This document shows positions 25,590-40,000 of a stretch of DNA of 64,000 nucleotides, one piece after another. Both the position numbers and the translations under genes were made by a program. Source of the DNA: Antedon mediterranea (lineage: Eukaryota > Animalia > Echinodermata); assembly GCF_964355755.1 (NCBI RefSeq), contig NC_092671.1:6138001-6202000 (forward strand), given 5' to 3'. Below the pieces are notes generated by a model that saw nothing but the letters and a program-made list of their open reading frames with translations, was not told where the DNA came from and did no database searches. Position 1 is the first letter of the stretch. The number at the start of each line of letters is the position of its first letter.

Positions 25590-27045
25590 TACAGTAGAGC
25601 AGCCTGAGGAAAAGAAGAGAAAAGGGGATCAGGAAGGTGGGAACCTGTGGTAGTGGTTCAGCTAAAGTACTATGAATCAAGCACATCAGTACAGTAGAGC
25701 AGCCTGAGGAAAAGAAGAGAAAACAGGAAGGTGGGAACCTGTGGTAGTGGTTCAGCTAAAGTACTATGAATCAAGCACATCAGTACAGTAGAGCAGCCTG
25801 AGGAAAAGAAGAGAAAACAGGAAGGTGGGAATCTGTGGTAGTGGTTCAGCTAAAGTACTATGAATCAAGCACATCAGTACAGTAGAGCAGCCTGAGGAAA
25901 AGAAGAGAAAACAGGAAGGTGGGAACCTGTGGTAGTGGTTCAGCTAAAGTACTATGAATCAAGCACATCAGTACAGTAGAGCAGCCTGAGGAAAAGAAGA
26001 GAAAACAGGAAGGTGGGAACCTGTGGTAGTGGTTCAGCTAAAGTACTATGAATCAAGCACATCAGTACAGTAGAGCAGCCTGAGGAAAAGAAGAGAAAAC
26101 AGGAAGGTGGGAACCTGTGGTAGTGGTTCAGCTAAAGTACTATGAATCAAGCACATCAGTACAGTAGGTTAAGATGGAGGAAAAGAAGAGAAAACAGGAA
26201 GGTGGGAACCTGTGGTAGTGGTTCAGCTAAAGTACTATGAATCAAGCACATCAGTACAGTAGGTTAAGATGGAGGAAAAGAAGAGAAAACAGGAAGGTGG
26301 GAACCTGTGGTAGTGGTTCAGCTACAGTACTATGAATCAAGCACATCAGTACAGTAGGTTAAAGACAAAGGAAAAGAAGAGAAAACAGGAAGGTGGGAAC
26401 CTGTGGTAGTGGTTCAGCTACAGTACTATGAATCAAGCACATCAGTACAGTAGGTTAAAGACAAAGGAAAAGAAGAGAAAACAGGAAGGTGGGAACCTGT
26501 GGTAGTGGTTCAGCTACAGTACTATGAATCAAGCACATCAGTACAGTATGTTAAAGACAAAGGAAAAGAAGAGAAAACAGGAAGGTGGGAACCTGTGGTA
26601 GTGGTTCAGCTACAGTACTATGAATCAAGCACATCAGTACAGTAGGTTAAGATGGAGGAAAAGAAGAGAAAACAGGAAGGTGGGAACCTGTGGTAGTGGT
26701 TCAGCTACAGTACTATGAATCAAGCACATCAGTACAGTAGGTTAAAGACAAAGGAAAAGAAGAGAAAACAGGAAGGTGGGAACCTGTGGTAGTGGTTCAG
26801 CTACAGTACTATGAATCAAGCACATCAGTACAGTAGGTTAAAGACAAAGGAAAAGAAGAGAAAACAGGAAGGTGGGAACCTGTGGTAGTGGTTCAGCTAC
26901 AGTACTATGAATCAAGCACATCAGTACAGTATGTTAAAGACAAAGGAAAAGAAGAGAAAACAGGAAGGTGGGAACCTGTGGTAGTGGTTCAGCTACAGTA
27001 CTATGAATCAAGCACATCAGTACAGTAGGTTAAGATGGAGGAAAA
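25590..27045. repeat. Tandem array, 94-96 bp unit, 15 full copies plus a partial copy, with higher-order structure
   Basis: Unit AGTACAGTAG[variable]GAAAAGAAGAGAAAACAGGAAGGTGGGAACCTGTGGTAGTGGTTCAGCTAMAGTACTATGAATCAAGCACATC. Confidence 0.95.
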
Positions 27046-27732
27046 GTCTGGTTTCCAACCTGCTCTTACTGAACAGAGAAAGAAAGTTTAGTTAAAGCCA
27101 CATCTACGAGCAGAAAACATCTGGAAAGTGGAGATGTCTTCTATGGGCTGAGCATAAGTAGAGATCTCTGGTTGTCAGAGAACAATTAACTCAGGGAAAG
27201 TTGATGTCTGTGGTCAAAGAACAACCAGCTCAGGGAAAATGAAGATCTGTGGTCAGAGATAGGTGGATATCTGTGGTTTTCTGAGAACAACTAAATCAGG
27301 GCTGTGGTGTGTCACCGGTTATTATAGTTACTATAGCCAAAATAATACTGTATGAGCATAGGAGGAGCACTGTAGAAAAAGTGGAGATCTTTGGTAACCA
27401 ACCTTCAATTCGTTGAGACACCAGAAGACATACTGTAGGAAAATAGAAAAGAAGAAGAAAATACACTTTGTACAACTTAAGGTGTCAACTGCAACTATTC
27501 AAATAGAAAGATTTTTTCCATGTTCATCATTAAGATTTGTGAAGGAAACAATAAAAGGGTGTTTAATGAGCCTCAACTTTATGTAGTGTGACGACGCTAT
27601 ACAAATGGTAACATTTCACTGACATTTTAATAATTATGTGTCTAGTTACAGTCTACTATGTTTACAATTATCAAATTATTATAAATCACATCTTTGTTTA
27701 TCCTATTACATTCACAATGTTTTCTCTATTAG

Positions 27733-27737
<5 letters not shown>

Positions 27738-27763
<26 letters not shown>

Positions 27764-27860
27764 ATCCAGTGTACACAACTTTAAAGAACCTAGTACATCT
27801 TTCGAGACGAGTAGGGGTTTACCTTAGTGTACTAGTTCACACACAGCCACTGTTACAAAC
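27738..27860 (+). mobile_element. SINE fragment with a Deu/Nin-like central domain
   Basis: TCGGATAAGGACTTTAAACCGTAG...TTAAAGAACC...TTTCGAGACGAGTAGGGG; homologous to 49988-50203. Confidence 0.7.
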
Positions 27861-29002
27861 TCATCATAGTACAATACATACAGTACTGTATTATACTATA
27901 TGACTGAAGAGGCTTTTAGGGACCACATTGGAATTAAGTTGTTTTACTTTAAACGACTTTATGTGTTTTCCCGTGCATCGTCAGACCTCATTAATCCCGC
28001 CATTTTTATTTGCTTTTTTGATGTATTTTAATATTTAAGGTGATTATATATATTATTGACGTATTTTTAATGTTATGTATTGAGATGCCAAATAAATGAA
28101 AGAAAAAAGGAAAGAAAGGCTACTCAGTATAAAGAATAAATAATTACATTTAATCCATATAAAGTGGAAGCTTAAACATCTCTTTGTAGTCGTTCTATAA
28201 TAAGATCACTTTTACATGGATTTTAAAAAATTTAAAAAAAATAAATAATTATTGTTATTCATTATTTCCCGAATTGTAAACAAACATTTAATAGCTGATT
28301 CATTCATACACAAATAAGTATGAATCTGTATCAAAGAGTTACATGGGTATGACAACCCTTGACATTTTTAGCTTATTTGCAAATTACTTATTTCATTACT
28401 CAACTCATCTTATTTTATATTGTTGATTGTAAAATCTATACTACAAAGATATTTATATTGGTTTACATTGTTATAATAAATGTCATTAATTTACCTTAAA
28501 ATAATTTGTGTTTGAATTAAGATTTTGTTTCTAATGTATGCACTTTTGTCCTAAGATGCATGTGTTTGATTCAATGAATTTATGGCTTTCTATACTTTAT
28601 ATTTGACTGAGTATATTTCCAGTGGAGGGGGAGGGGGTGAGCTTTAGAAAAATTAGGGGGAGAGATTATATTCGTCAATTATTGTACTCAAATTTCAAAA
28701 AGTATTTTACAAAATTTACAAAAATAAATGTCGACATTATAATGGATTGGAATTTGGTATTAAAAAGAAACAATTAAAAAATCAATTACATAAAACTATT
28801 AACATTTCAAATTAAAACAAGTGTGAATAACCAAATAGAATATAGTATCAACAAATGCTGGAAAAAAATATAGGAAATTGTTAAAAGTTAAAACATCGCA
28901 CATACAAAATCCTTTTGTCAAAAAATGGGCAACCAAATTGCTAAAACAGCTTTTCCAAATTGATTAATTTGTCTGTATCAGTGATTTGTCTACTCTCATC
29001 TC

Positions 29003-29152
29003 TGCTCTATCTACACTATCAAACTAAAAAAAAGTGTGATGTGACTAAATATGATAGTGATATGTCAAAATATGGTAGTGAAAGTATCATGTCCATATAT
29101 GGGCACATCACATTTTTTTGTCACATAAAGTTTGATAGTGTAGACAGAGCTT
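29003..29152 (+). mobile_element. MITE family A
   Basis: Both TIRs and family body. Confidence 0.85.
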
Positions 29153-31288
29153 TCGTTTTATATCTACTATACTCCAAACCATAAGATTGTTTTAAACACT
29201 GTTCTAAAAAAACTGCTGTAATATAATGTAAGTATAAGTTTGTGATTGATTAATATATGATAATTAAACTTGAAAATACATTAATTTATAATAATTACTT
29301 TTTCATTGTTTTCTTTACTTACACAGTAGAAACCACAAATGATAGGCTTTAGCGAAACCAACATTGTTTTAACGACCTATTTTACTTGCCAATTACTTCC
29401 GTTTGTTTAGAACTTTAAAACCCACAACCAAGCTATGAAGATGTTATAATGCCCAACAACTTCCTGTACCATTCTTGTAATGGAAGTCTTAACATTTACT
29501 ACTTCCAGTATTACCTCATTTTGTATTAAAATAATATTAATACAATATGTTGATATAATAGTACTTGATGTATTTTTGTTTTGTTTTTTCAACTTATAAT
29601 TATAATTTGTTTTATTGTTCAACTTTCTAATTGGTGCCTTGAGTACTGATGAAATAAAATAAACAATAAAAACAAGATTTTTATTCATTTCTTGCTCTTA
29701 AATTGTAATACAAGTACGAGACTTTAGTAGAATAAAATAATTCTCTTGTTAATAATAATTTTTATAATTTGGGAAAAAAACTTTCTCACAAGAATGTTGT
29801 TCCTGAGTCTGTATCATCTGAAAACAAAATCAAATTCAGAGTAAAAATAAAGTTGTTAAAAATAATATGAAATGTAACTATCAAAAAATCAAAGTGTTTT
29901 CTGTTCTTGCCAATGTTATACTTCAATATAGATTTCTCTAAATCTTAAAATATTGAATAAAAGTTACATCACATAAAATATATCAAAGCAGAGCCTATAA
30001 AGAAACTTTGTTGGGATATTTGTCTAAATTCCAAATATGTTTTTACAATAACAAGTCACGATTACAAATTAATAAGAAAAATATACAATTTCTTACGTTT
30101 ATGGAATAATGCAAGAGATTCTGTCGCAAAATAAATTGCCTTTTGGCTAGAATTTCACATTTTTTATCCACAGAGAAATGCTTCTTCTATCATTGTGTTA
30201 GGAACTTTAAAGCGATTTCGGCTCATCAGCAGAAATGGATCAATCTCTTCCACTACTATATTGTACCATAGGCACAATAACATCATTTTGTCTACTTCGA
30301 AAAATCACCCAATACCATAGGGCATTCTTTGAATGAAAAAGTGTAATTATTATGAAATGACACATGCTTGTTTTCATTTTGACAATGGCACTGAATATTA
30401 AAAAGGAACAAAAAAACTAAAAGTAATTTTGATAAGTGCTCTTGATTTTTTAAATTGTTATTTTTTTTTTATAATATTTGTATTAATATTCAGTATTCTA
30501 CAAATGGTTATGTATTGGACTCAAACCATGGGTTATATTGTAGTCAATACATCACTTCCAAAGCAGTTCATTGAATGAGATAACAGGATAAGAAGTCTGG
30601 TCTTATTAAAGCCAATATTCTTTTTTCCCTTTTTGTTTACAGTTATTACAGTTAAGTTGTGCTGCATTTTAACTTGCACAGTTGACATAGCAATTTCTAA
30701 GACTTAAGAACGCGTGGGCTTCATTACAATTAGTGTCACATCACACACGAAATAGATTGTTTAAAATGTAACTGCAGCGGTGGTGTTTTACTTTATCCCG
30801 CAAGTTTGAGGTTATTCAAAACTATCCTCTAATATGCAAACATTTCAAATATTCACTTTATTCCCAATAAAGTTAATCTAAAAATGTTATTGATACTATA
30901 TTGAAATTATTATTGTTTTTTTGTGATTCTTCATAAAAGGTTTTACTAATAGTAATATATTGAAAAAAAAACCAGAAATGGTGGCCATTTTGTAGAATAT
31001 CACTTTGCTGTGACATGATCTAGCCTTTAGCTATTATGTTTTTGCTATTATTATCGGTATTCTATCACGAAAAGGCAAGCTTTGGGCTTGAAATATTATG
31101 TTAAAATATTTGTAGGTCTACAAGACTAAGTGGTTATGACCTCACCACCTGTGCCTTCTCCTCTTTAAAAATACATTAATGCTACTTGTTCTTTGAAATA
31201 TCAGAATATAGATGATACAAAATAATAATAATAAAACTTTCATTCCATGATTGCTATACATGACTATGCATGCTTCACTTTAATGATT

Positions 31289-31601
31289 AATAATAATACA
31301 GTAATAATATCCTGGAATTATATAGTGCCTAATGTTGTGAAACCTTTATGTGCTGAACATTATTACCCCAGTCATTTTTTCGGATCAAACACATATGGAA
31401 ACATACTCCCATAATGCAGCTAGTAATCAGCGCAAAGTTGTGTCTTGATCTAACCCGATTCCCATTTATACACCTGGGTGGAGAGAGGCAAACGTAAGTA
31501 AAGTATCTTGCCTAAGGATACAAGCAATGCGGCGAGAGTTGGATTCCAACCTCGATCTCACGATCAGTAGTCGAACGTCCAACACACTGCGCCACACGCC
31601 C
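31289..31601 (-). mobile_element. Full-length tRNA-derived SINE (~310 bp)
   Basis: Minus strand starts GGGCGTGTGGCGCAGTG (A box) ... GGTTGGAATCC (B-box-like). Body includes TCCTTAGGCAAGATACTTTAC and CTCTCCACCCAGGTGTATAAATGGG. The 3' end is L2-like: GCACTATATAA followed by (TTA)n. Confidence 0.8.
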
Positions 31602-32280
31602 TTACTTTAAATTGAAACACAAAAACAACCGCTTACGAAACGTGAATCACAAACAGAGCTACAAATGCATCATTTAAAAAGAATCCAGATGTTTATAGCT
31701 ACAATTTATAAGAATAATATTTTAAAAACAGTATCCTTTTGCATGTGTTCAATGTTTAAATCTTCTCTACCCAGAACGAAATCTTGTTAGTTTAATTGTT
31801 TCCTGTCCGTCCAAAGTTTTACGAGGCTGTCGTTAGTTTCTTTAATCCACCTACAGACCAGACTATAATGAAAGCCCTAGGGTTTATAACGCAAGTCAAT
31901 AAGTTCAACAAATTGTGACCTGAATGTTATTTTTATGCATTAAGTTGAATATCTATCGTAATTTCTGTTTTTTTATGGATGCTCGGTTAATTTCATGCAT
32001 GGCTTGTATTAACTTTATAAATTAGTATTTTGAACATTTTTAAAGTTGTATTTTTATATATACTGTAAAATAACTGAATAAAAGTATAGCAAACACAAAT
32101 ATCAGATTCATAGGCAGAAAGCTGCATATGTCTCCATTCCTTGAATACATGCCTTCTTATTATAGACCACCACTAGTTACTGTAAGTCCTAGTTAAAACA
32201 TTTTGAAGAACTAGTCTTATTTAAAAAGTATTTATTAATAGGTTTATCGAAATTTGCTTGATTTCGTGAGGAACATCATT

Positions 32281-32397
32281 GCACAATGCATGATGGGAAG
32301 AGTTTGGGAGCAAACGTCACGATGCGTACGCACAAACAACAAATCACGTAGGTATGCGTCATAATGTTCCCAAACCCTTGCCACCATGCGTTGAGCA
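32281..32397. repeat. Imperfect inverted repeat, ~32-bp arms, probably the core of a MITE
   Basis: Left arm GCACAATGCATGATGGGAAGAGTTTGGGAGCA versus reverse complement of right arm GCTCAACGCATGGTGGCAAGGGTTTGGGAACA. Confidence 0.65.
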
Positions 32398-33474
32398 CTC
32401 TTTTTGCGATAAACAATTTTGGATAGAGAAAATGTTGATTCAATGGTTTTATCAATTATAGGTTATCATATACTACTGTATGTAGGTGTAGCCAGGTCCA
32501 TATCTAGGGATGTTCGTAGTATTATTATGAATATTGAAAATGCAGTAACCAGCTGAAAAGATTATCTATTGAAAATTACACGTTTCATAGTTTTCCTATA
32601 AGACAATTTTTCTATTAGCGATATTTGTTTCTATTTTTAAATTGAACTGAAGACAGGAAAGTATATTTATAAGTAAGTCTGCTGTAAAGAAGTGGTTTAC
32701 AATATTAAATTATAATAATTAGAAATGAAGCCACTTAAGATCTGTTTACATGAAACAGAAACTCTGTGAAATTTAATTTGTAAATATTAAAATTTTATAA
32801 ATAGGTTTTCCTAATAATTTTTTTCTAGTTGCAAACGTCACATTAAAACATTTTCCAGACTTGTTTGTTTTTCTTTTATTTTAAAAATTCAAGTTCAAAT
32901 GATATATTTTTACATTTAACTGTTTTTAATGAAACTATTTTTCTTTTATTAGTATTTTTTTTATTATTGTAATTAAATAAGTAACCATGAATAAACTACA
33001 AATGTGCTATGTTTTAAAGTTATAGCACTATTAAAAATAATAATGACATCTCAAAGCCTTTAAAGCAGGTTGGACAGAATTATATGTATAGCACCTTTAC
33101 TTAAAAGATGGTATTTTCACGCTAAAAATCGTATAAAAACAAGTGTACGCTTAATTTTGAAATCACTCACCCTAGACCTTTCCAAAAACTGCTTCACAAT
33201 TTAATGATGTCAAATAAACTTCTGTTTTGTTTTTTTGTAAACGGTAGTAGTACAGAAAACAATTCCTAAAATGAAAATATAAAAATATCCCTCCACCCAA
33301 TTGATTGACAATTGTTCCCTCCTCTTTCGGACCAAGAATTGTATAGTAATACTGACACTCCTCAGCTGAGCTAATATGTCTGATTTTCTGAAAAGTCTGG
33401 TGGTATTCTGAATGTGTTTTTATAAGTAAAAAAATAATTTGAAACCTTTGGACCAAGAGAAAGTATGGATTTGA

Positions 33475-33858
33475 GAAAGTTTCTGGTTTTCAGAGAGTTT
33501 CTGGTGTTACGAGAGTTTCTGGTTTTGCAAGAGTTTCTGTATTTCAGAGAGTTTCTGGTGTTACGAGAGTTTCTGGTTTTGCGAGAGTTTCTGCTTTTCA
33601 GAGAGTTTCTGCTTTTCATAGAGTTTCTGCTTTTCAGAGAGTTTCTGCTTTTCAGAGAGTTTCTGCTTTTCAGAGAGTTTCTGCTTTTCAGAGAGTTTCT
33701 GCTTTTCAGAGAGTTTCTGCTTTTCAGAGAGTTTCTGCTTTTCAGAGAGTTTCTGCTTTTCAGAGAGTTTCTGCTTTTCAGAGAGTTTCTGCTTTTCAGA
33801 GAGTTTCTGCTTTTCAGAGAGTTCCTGCTTTTCAGAGAGTTCCTGCTTTTCAGAGAGT
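33475..33858. repeat. Minisatellite, 18-bp unit (GAGAGTTTCTGCTTTTCA), ~21 copies
   Basis: Directly visible; produces the artefactual (LLFREF)n ORF. Confidence 0.95.
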
Positions 33859-34008
33859 TCGGTATTTGGTGAGGGTGAGTTCGGTATTAGGTGAGGGTGA
33901 GTTCGGTATTAGGTGAGGGTGAGTTCGGTATTAGGTGAGGGTGAGTTCGGTATTAGGTGAGGGTGAGTTCGGTATTAGGTGAGGGTGAGTTCGGTATTAG
34001 GTGAGGGT
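33855..34008. repeat. Minisatellite, 22-bp unit (GAGTTCGGTATTAGGTGAGGGT), 7 copies
   Basis: Directly visible; abuts the 18-bp array. Confidence 0.95.
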
Positions 34009-37000
34009 TGACTGCAACATAACTATACTGTTCATGAGGCAATATAGTGTGTAATACTCGATATGCTGTTAATGAATGTCAGTGATGTAATACATTATGT
34101 TGGATAATGTAAGATTATTTCATTAGATATGTTCAATGTTTGATAAATTATGTTTAGAAATTGTATATGACAAGATAAATCATTTCTCAACTAATCTTTA
34201 CATTACATCTGAGGTACTGCTAAATTCAGATGTGTTCCATAGATAAAAAAAATTGACGAATAATGTGTCTTTGTAAAAGAAGAATACATACAGATCGGGG
34301 AATAGAATTTAAGAATTACTGTAACTAATACCGGGTGTATAGTAGGATCTCCATTTTCGTAGAGTAGGGTCTTATTTTTCGTATTGTACTGTAGGCGAGT
34401 CCCTTCCTTTTCGTATTATGTCTCAGTTCTCGGGGTCTCCGTCTCTCTACATTCAAATACCTGTACCTTACCTGGCTGGAAATAGCAAGTTTTCTCGAAC
34501 TCTTATAAAATATAAAACTGTAGAGAACCTTAGCACGCAAAACAACTTATTTATCACATAATGATAGTATCCTAGGCTTGGAAAAGTTTGTAAAGTTGAG
34601 CAATTACTTTAAAGTCATTAGAATTATGCATGCAATGTTGTCTAATAAATCTTGTTTTAATTACATGTGACATCATAAATCCTATAAACTCAAATAATGT
34701 TTCAACAACTTATATGTTTAGAATTTTAAATTCAAATGTGTTTGATCGATAGTAAGAAGAAAAGATGAGATTCATGAGAAAAAGGGTAGAATATTTATAC
34801 ATTAAATGCCGTCTTTAAATTCATTTCTTTTTTAAAATGGTCAAATAAAAAAAAAATCTGCAATTTTTCATTTAATCATTGTAGTTAGGCAGTTCAACTT
34901 GATGCTACCATATTTCCCTGAAAAAAAAAGATCAAAATGCTTGTGGGTATATCATGGTGGATGATATGATATGGCTAAAAAATAAAAAATTAACAAGATA
35001 TCTGTAACTTCAAGTTAGTTAGTCATGCATTTGATAAATTTGTTTTCCCACTTTATTTTCATAATTTTTTTCAATACCTCTCCATTTACAACATTGACAA
35101 ATTTACAAGATTTTCACTATAATGCCAATTGTTTCAACAAAATGTTACAACAAATTTCCAACAATTGTGAAACATAATGGTAACTTGGCGTTCTTTAGAA
35201 AATATTTCTCTTTCCAAAAAGATAAATTGTACTAATTGTATGTGACAGCCTAAATCCTATGTAAAGTTAACATATATTAAGACTAAGAGATGGCTCAAGA
35301 TTACAATTTTACGATCGAGGAGCTGGGTGATTGTCTTGTACGGGTGACATACAGTATATTTTGTTACCTACTTTGGCAATAGTGTCAAGTTTGGCTAGTA
35401 GTAAAAAAAAAGGATTTTGTTGTGAATCGGATATGTGATTTTTTTTATTATCATAGATTTTATATCTAAAAACATGAATGAGAAAGGAAAAACTCAGCAA
35501 TTTTAAAGTGAAAAACAAAATAGAAAGACAGCTATATAGCAACAGCAAACCAACACAGTTTTTGTGTTGTTCAATCTTTATCTTCATAATGTGAAATTCT
35601 ACAAGATTTCTGAAAAATATCAATATCATGTTTTTTGGAAGATAACAATTTTGTGAGAATAGTAGGATTATGTACAATAACAAAGGATGTAGTGTTGATT
35701 GACAGTTATTTTATACACAACTGTATTGTGTAGACAATCTTGTACATTTCAACTATCTTTCTTTCTCATCCTGAGGAGCTCCCTCATTCATAAAACAATT
35801 AATGTTTTCTGACACATTTGAAAACACAAACTTGTCAAATTGGCTGTCAGCCAATGGGTTCTTGGTTGAATCTAATCCTTTATTTTGTAATTTTATAAGT
35901 GAAAACATTTTTTTCATTTTTTTTTCTACAGAAATGATTAACAATATTAAAACTACAAAATAAGCTATTCAAAGTTTGATTTAGTTAATCTTCGTTTTTC
36001 ATGTTTTTGGAAGACAATACATCTTTAACAAAATTAAAATAATAAATACCATAAGATATGACCAAAGTGAATACGTTTTCATCAAGTCCATTATAAGTAA
36101 ATATAATTAAGCCATATAATATCCTTAATTATATAATTTATAGCACTTGACAAGTACATTAAAAAGTGGGTCATGGATGTACAGATGTGTGCTATGTCTA
36201 ATATGTATTATAGTTCATTTCACACATCAGCTGTGTTGTTGATGAAAACGCCTTCTATTCCAACAGTATAAATTATCCTTCAACTCCCAATTGTAATGCT
36301 GCTATATGACAAACCTGGTCAAGTCTACCTAAACTACTGAATGGTTAATTCCACTATATTTACCTACACAAGTGAAATCACTGATGCTTACTATACTGCA
36401 GAGATTCTTACATACCACGTTTTGTGCTTGAATGACCGTGTAGAGACTGCAAGTTCATTTACAATCTATTTATTCTGTATTTTAGGAATGTCAGCACTGT
36501 TTTGCCGTGTGTAACGCCGTGAATGAATAAAATATCAACCGGAAAAGTCAGGCCAGGCTACAGTAGCTGAAGTATTTATATTCAGTAGCAATAACCAAGC
36601 AGAATTAAAGGAAGTCCGCGTACTGATATTAAGAGACTAGTTGAAATAAAGAGGCCTATGTTTAAAGATCTTATCAGATATTCAGCGGAATCAAGCTGAG
36701 GTGGACATTTTCTGTGTTGTGTTTGTCTCTATAAAGCGGGAGAATACTGCTTAATGGTTTTTTTCTGAACTGTGTACTCATCCAAAGGTAGGATTTTTTA
36801 TATTATACTTGATTAGCCTACAAAGATCAAATTAATTACCATTATAATTGATTAGCTTATCCAATTTGTGTCTGATTAAATTCAAACACCAGTTTATGAA
36901 ATGCATTTAGTACCTATGATACTAACCCCTGGGATGTACTGCATTGTACCGGTAATAGATGTTGTAATTCGATACATCCGTATTCTTTTCCAAATTGTAA

Positions 37001-40000
37001 TTAAATTTATTAAAATGGTTCTTTAAATTGGTTATCTAGATCATTGTTGAATAAAGAAGGGGTGTAATTTGAGCACTCTCTTTTGACTGATTGATCGAAT
37101 GTTGATAAATTGAAAACGCATCAATTATATTACGCCACTACTACAGTATAATGAACTGTATTATGCCTGTATGACAGTTAATCAGTGACTGAGTCATATT
37201 AAAATATACATTTTGAATGTGGACAGATTCCTGGCAATCACATTTTCGCTTAGTGTATGGACATGTACTGTACACTCACTATCACAACTTGGAAGAAGGA
37301 GGAGTATTCAGTAACAGTAACACACTGTACTTCTAGTACGAAATATGTTATGTCTTACATTTGTTTTATTCCAAACAAATACTGTATTATTTCCAAAAAA
37401 CAGCATATCCTACAAGGATCTTATCGACAATTGGGATAGATGTGTATGTTGATGAATAATAGAGTAATTTAACAGATTTTCTTCTAATGTACTTAGTACT
37501 ATACCATCTTTTACTAGAAGCAGGATACAAGTGAATTCATTAAAGGTACTGCTAAACAAATTACCCAGCCTTTACAATAAGTTCTATAGAATTTCTTTGT
37601 TGTTCTTAAGTCTAGAACATTAGAATTAGCGAATCATGTCATAGAGGTAGATCAAATCAATTTTAAATATATTGATAAACAAATCCTGATTCGATCCTGA
37701 CCTTACCAAAATCATAATATCCCAATTTGAGTACTTGGTAACACCCAACCACGACTACAATAACTCTACAAAAGAGTACAGTACGTGTATAAATATGTAA
37801 ATAGACCATACAGAACAGGTAACTTTAACACAGGAGGTGCTCTATAGCCGAAAGCATTATGTTAAACATTTTGATACTGTTTACTACTTTCTGTTAACAA
37901 TGATAGTAATATTATAATTTGTGCGATACTATTTCTGAATCTTGTAAAAGGATACTAAAAAGTAAAGATACGTCAGTTATAATTTTGCTGAGACATCCTT
38001 TAGCAAATAAACAGCAGCATCATGTACTATACTATTTGGTTTATATTTACTATTTCGTGCTTTTAAAGCTTCAGGTAGTATAGTCATGAGTTAAAACCAT
38101 GGTATTACTGTAAATCAGGATTGACTGGGAATGGAAGTAACCACCAAGCTACCACTTCACAACTCAAGCTACAGCTCTATTACTATACTACTAATTTACG
38201 TCATGAGTAGGGAACCACTTGTGTGGATGAAAATTTACATAAAAACTGACACGATTTCTAATTTCTTTTTTTGCAATCGTAGATACACATAAATTTGTAT
38301 GGTTTCCATACCTATTCATTTTAAGAGCTTGTATATTTAGGCACGATTTTTAGAAAAACCTCCTAAAATTACTTGGCAAACAACAAAAGTATCATAATCA
38401 TTAATTTAAAAGTCCAAAAAATAGCATTTTTAAGCGCTTGTTTCTGAATAGTGTAAAACATCTAAAATTCTTGGTGAAGAAAATCTTGTTGAATCTAATC
38501 AATGGCGACAATATTGAGTACTGTTTTTTCTGGCGCCTAGTATTCGGGCCAACATCCACTCCATCAATCACACTAGGTATAAATATTTTACCTGGATTTA
38601 AGTACATTTGTCACTGTTGAATATTACGTTACTGAGTTCAAACAAAATGTCGCCTTTAATTCGTAACATCTTCAGCTAGACAGATACTAGAAGGAAATGT
38701 GTTCACCTTTAAAAAAGGTTGTTTTTTTTCTTCAATATTGTAAATCCTTGTGTGTGTTGTTGAGTATGCTGTATCCAAATAGTGATGGCTAGTACAGTAA
38801 AGTAACTATGAAAAAGAGAATGTAGTTGAGTTGATGAAATGGTCTGTTGGGAAGAAATTGTATTCATGTTGAGCCTGAGATAAAGAATTGTGCCATTTTG
38901 AGGCTAAATGGTTTGATTGACTCATCCTTTTATGTTAGCTGTTCTGTCCACATACAAAATAACTCTCATTACTGTTTATAGTAGCTTACGCTCTTAGTCT
39001 ATGCCTACCATGGTGGCTTGGATGGCATAGGAAGGAATCTCTGACATATAAGAAGGCTGTTCAGGCTTGTATTTAGAGGTTTATCGAAAGAAAATTATTA
39101 TTAAAAAATTATTTTATAGAATGAATATCAGTCAGAACAGAATCTGTATGTTTATTTTCTGAAAAATGAGCAAGTTGAAAGTCAAACCTGAAGAAATGAA
39201 CTCATCTCTATTCATAGTATAATCTATACCGAAGTGCTAATGGTTTATACAAATGTCAAGTGTTTAATAAAATGTGATATTTTATTTCAATATTTCCATA
39301 AGCAAGATTTCAGATAAGGTCACTGTATACTTGCCCTTGCAACAAATTATAAAAGTACAAGATATTGAGAATGACAATTTTTTCAAAATTCATGTTTTTC
39401 AAGTGTTTTTATATTGGATTACCATGCAGCATTGCAACTCGCTTCAAAGTAATGTGTTATTTCTACAACAAGCTCAACCGGCTTCAAGTTCAATCGAGAT
39501 GAAATAGAGTTTTTTTCTTTACAAAACTTTCTTATTACCATTTTGATTAGTTTCGCCATTTGTTATTCTAGAATTTATTCTTTTTCGAACCATTTTTTAT
39601 TAGTTATTAGCTTTTTTTTCTTTCATTATAAAGTCATTAGATGCTACAATGATCTCAATGTATTACTGTATTATTTTGAAAATAATAATAGCCAGTTTCA
39701 AGTGTCATGAAGTTTATATTTTATTCTTTTTTCTTGTAATGGAAACCTTTCATTTGGGAAATATGTTCGAAAAATCGGCGTTTTTGTTCTTGTTTTTTTC
39801 GTCATTACAATTTCATTTCAATATGATGAATGTTTTATGTTTATGTTATTTTATCTATTTTTCATCAGAATTGTTGAAAAATTCTGTTTCACTAAATATG
39901 TTTTATTTATAATAAGTAACTTTATATCTATATTGTTTGGTATCCAAAATTAAGACTTGATATACATGTAAATATAAATTTATCTTTTTGTATTCTAAAT

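Noticed and set aside
25590-27045. CRISPR-like appearance (constant repeat with a short variable segment)
   Set aside because: The variable parts are only 12-14 bp and recur as a few variants rather than unique spacers. There are no cas genes and the context is eukaryotic.
31530-31601. Possible tRNA gene
   Set aside because: The A/B boxes continue into a SINE body and tail, and no complete cloverleaf is evident. Similar decayed heads near 6545-6600 and 57460-57505 were also not called.
33465-33872. 135-aa ORF of (LLFREF)n and its antisense ORF
   Set aside because: Artefact of an 18-bp minisatellite that lacks stops in that frame; no splice or homology support.
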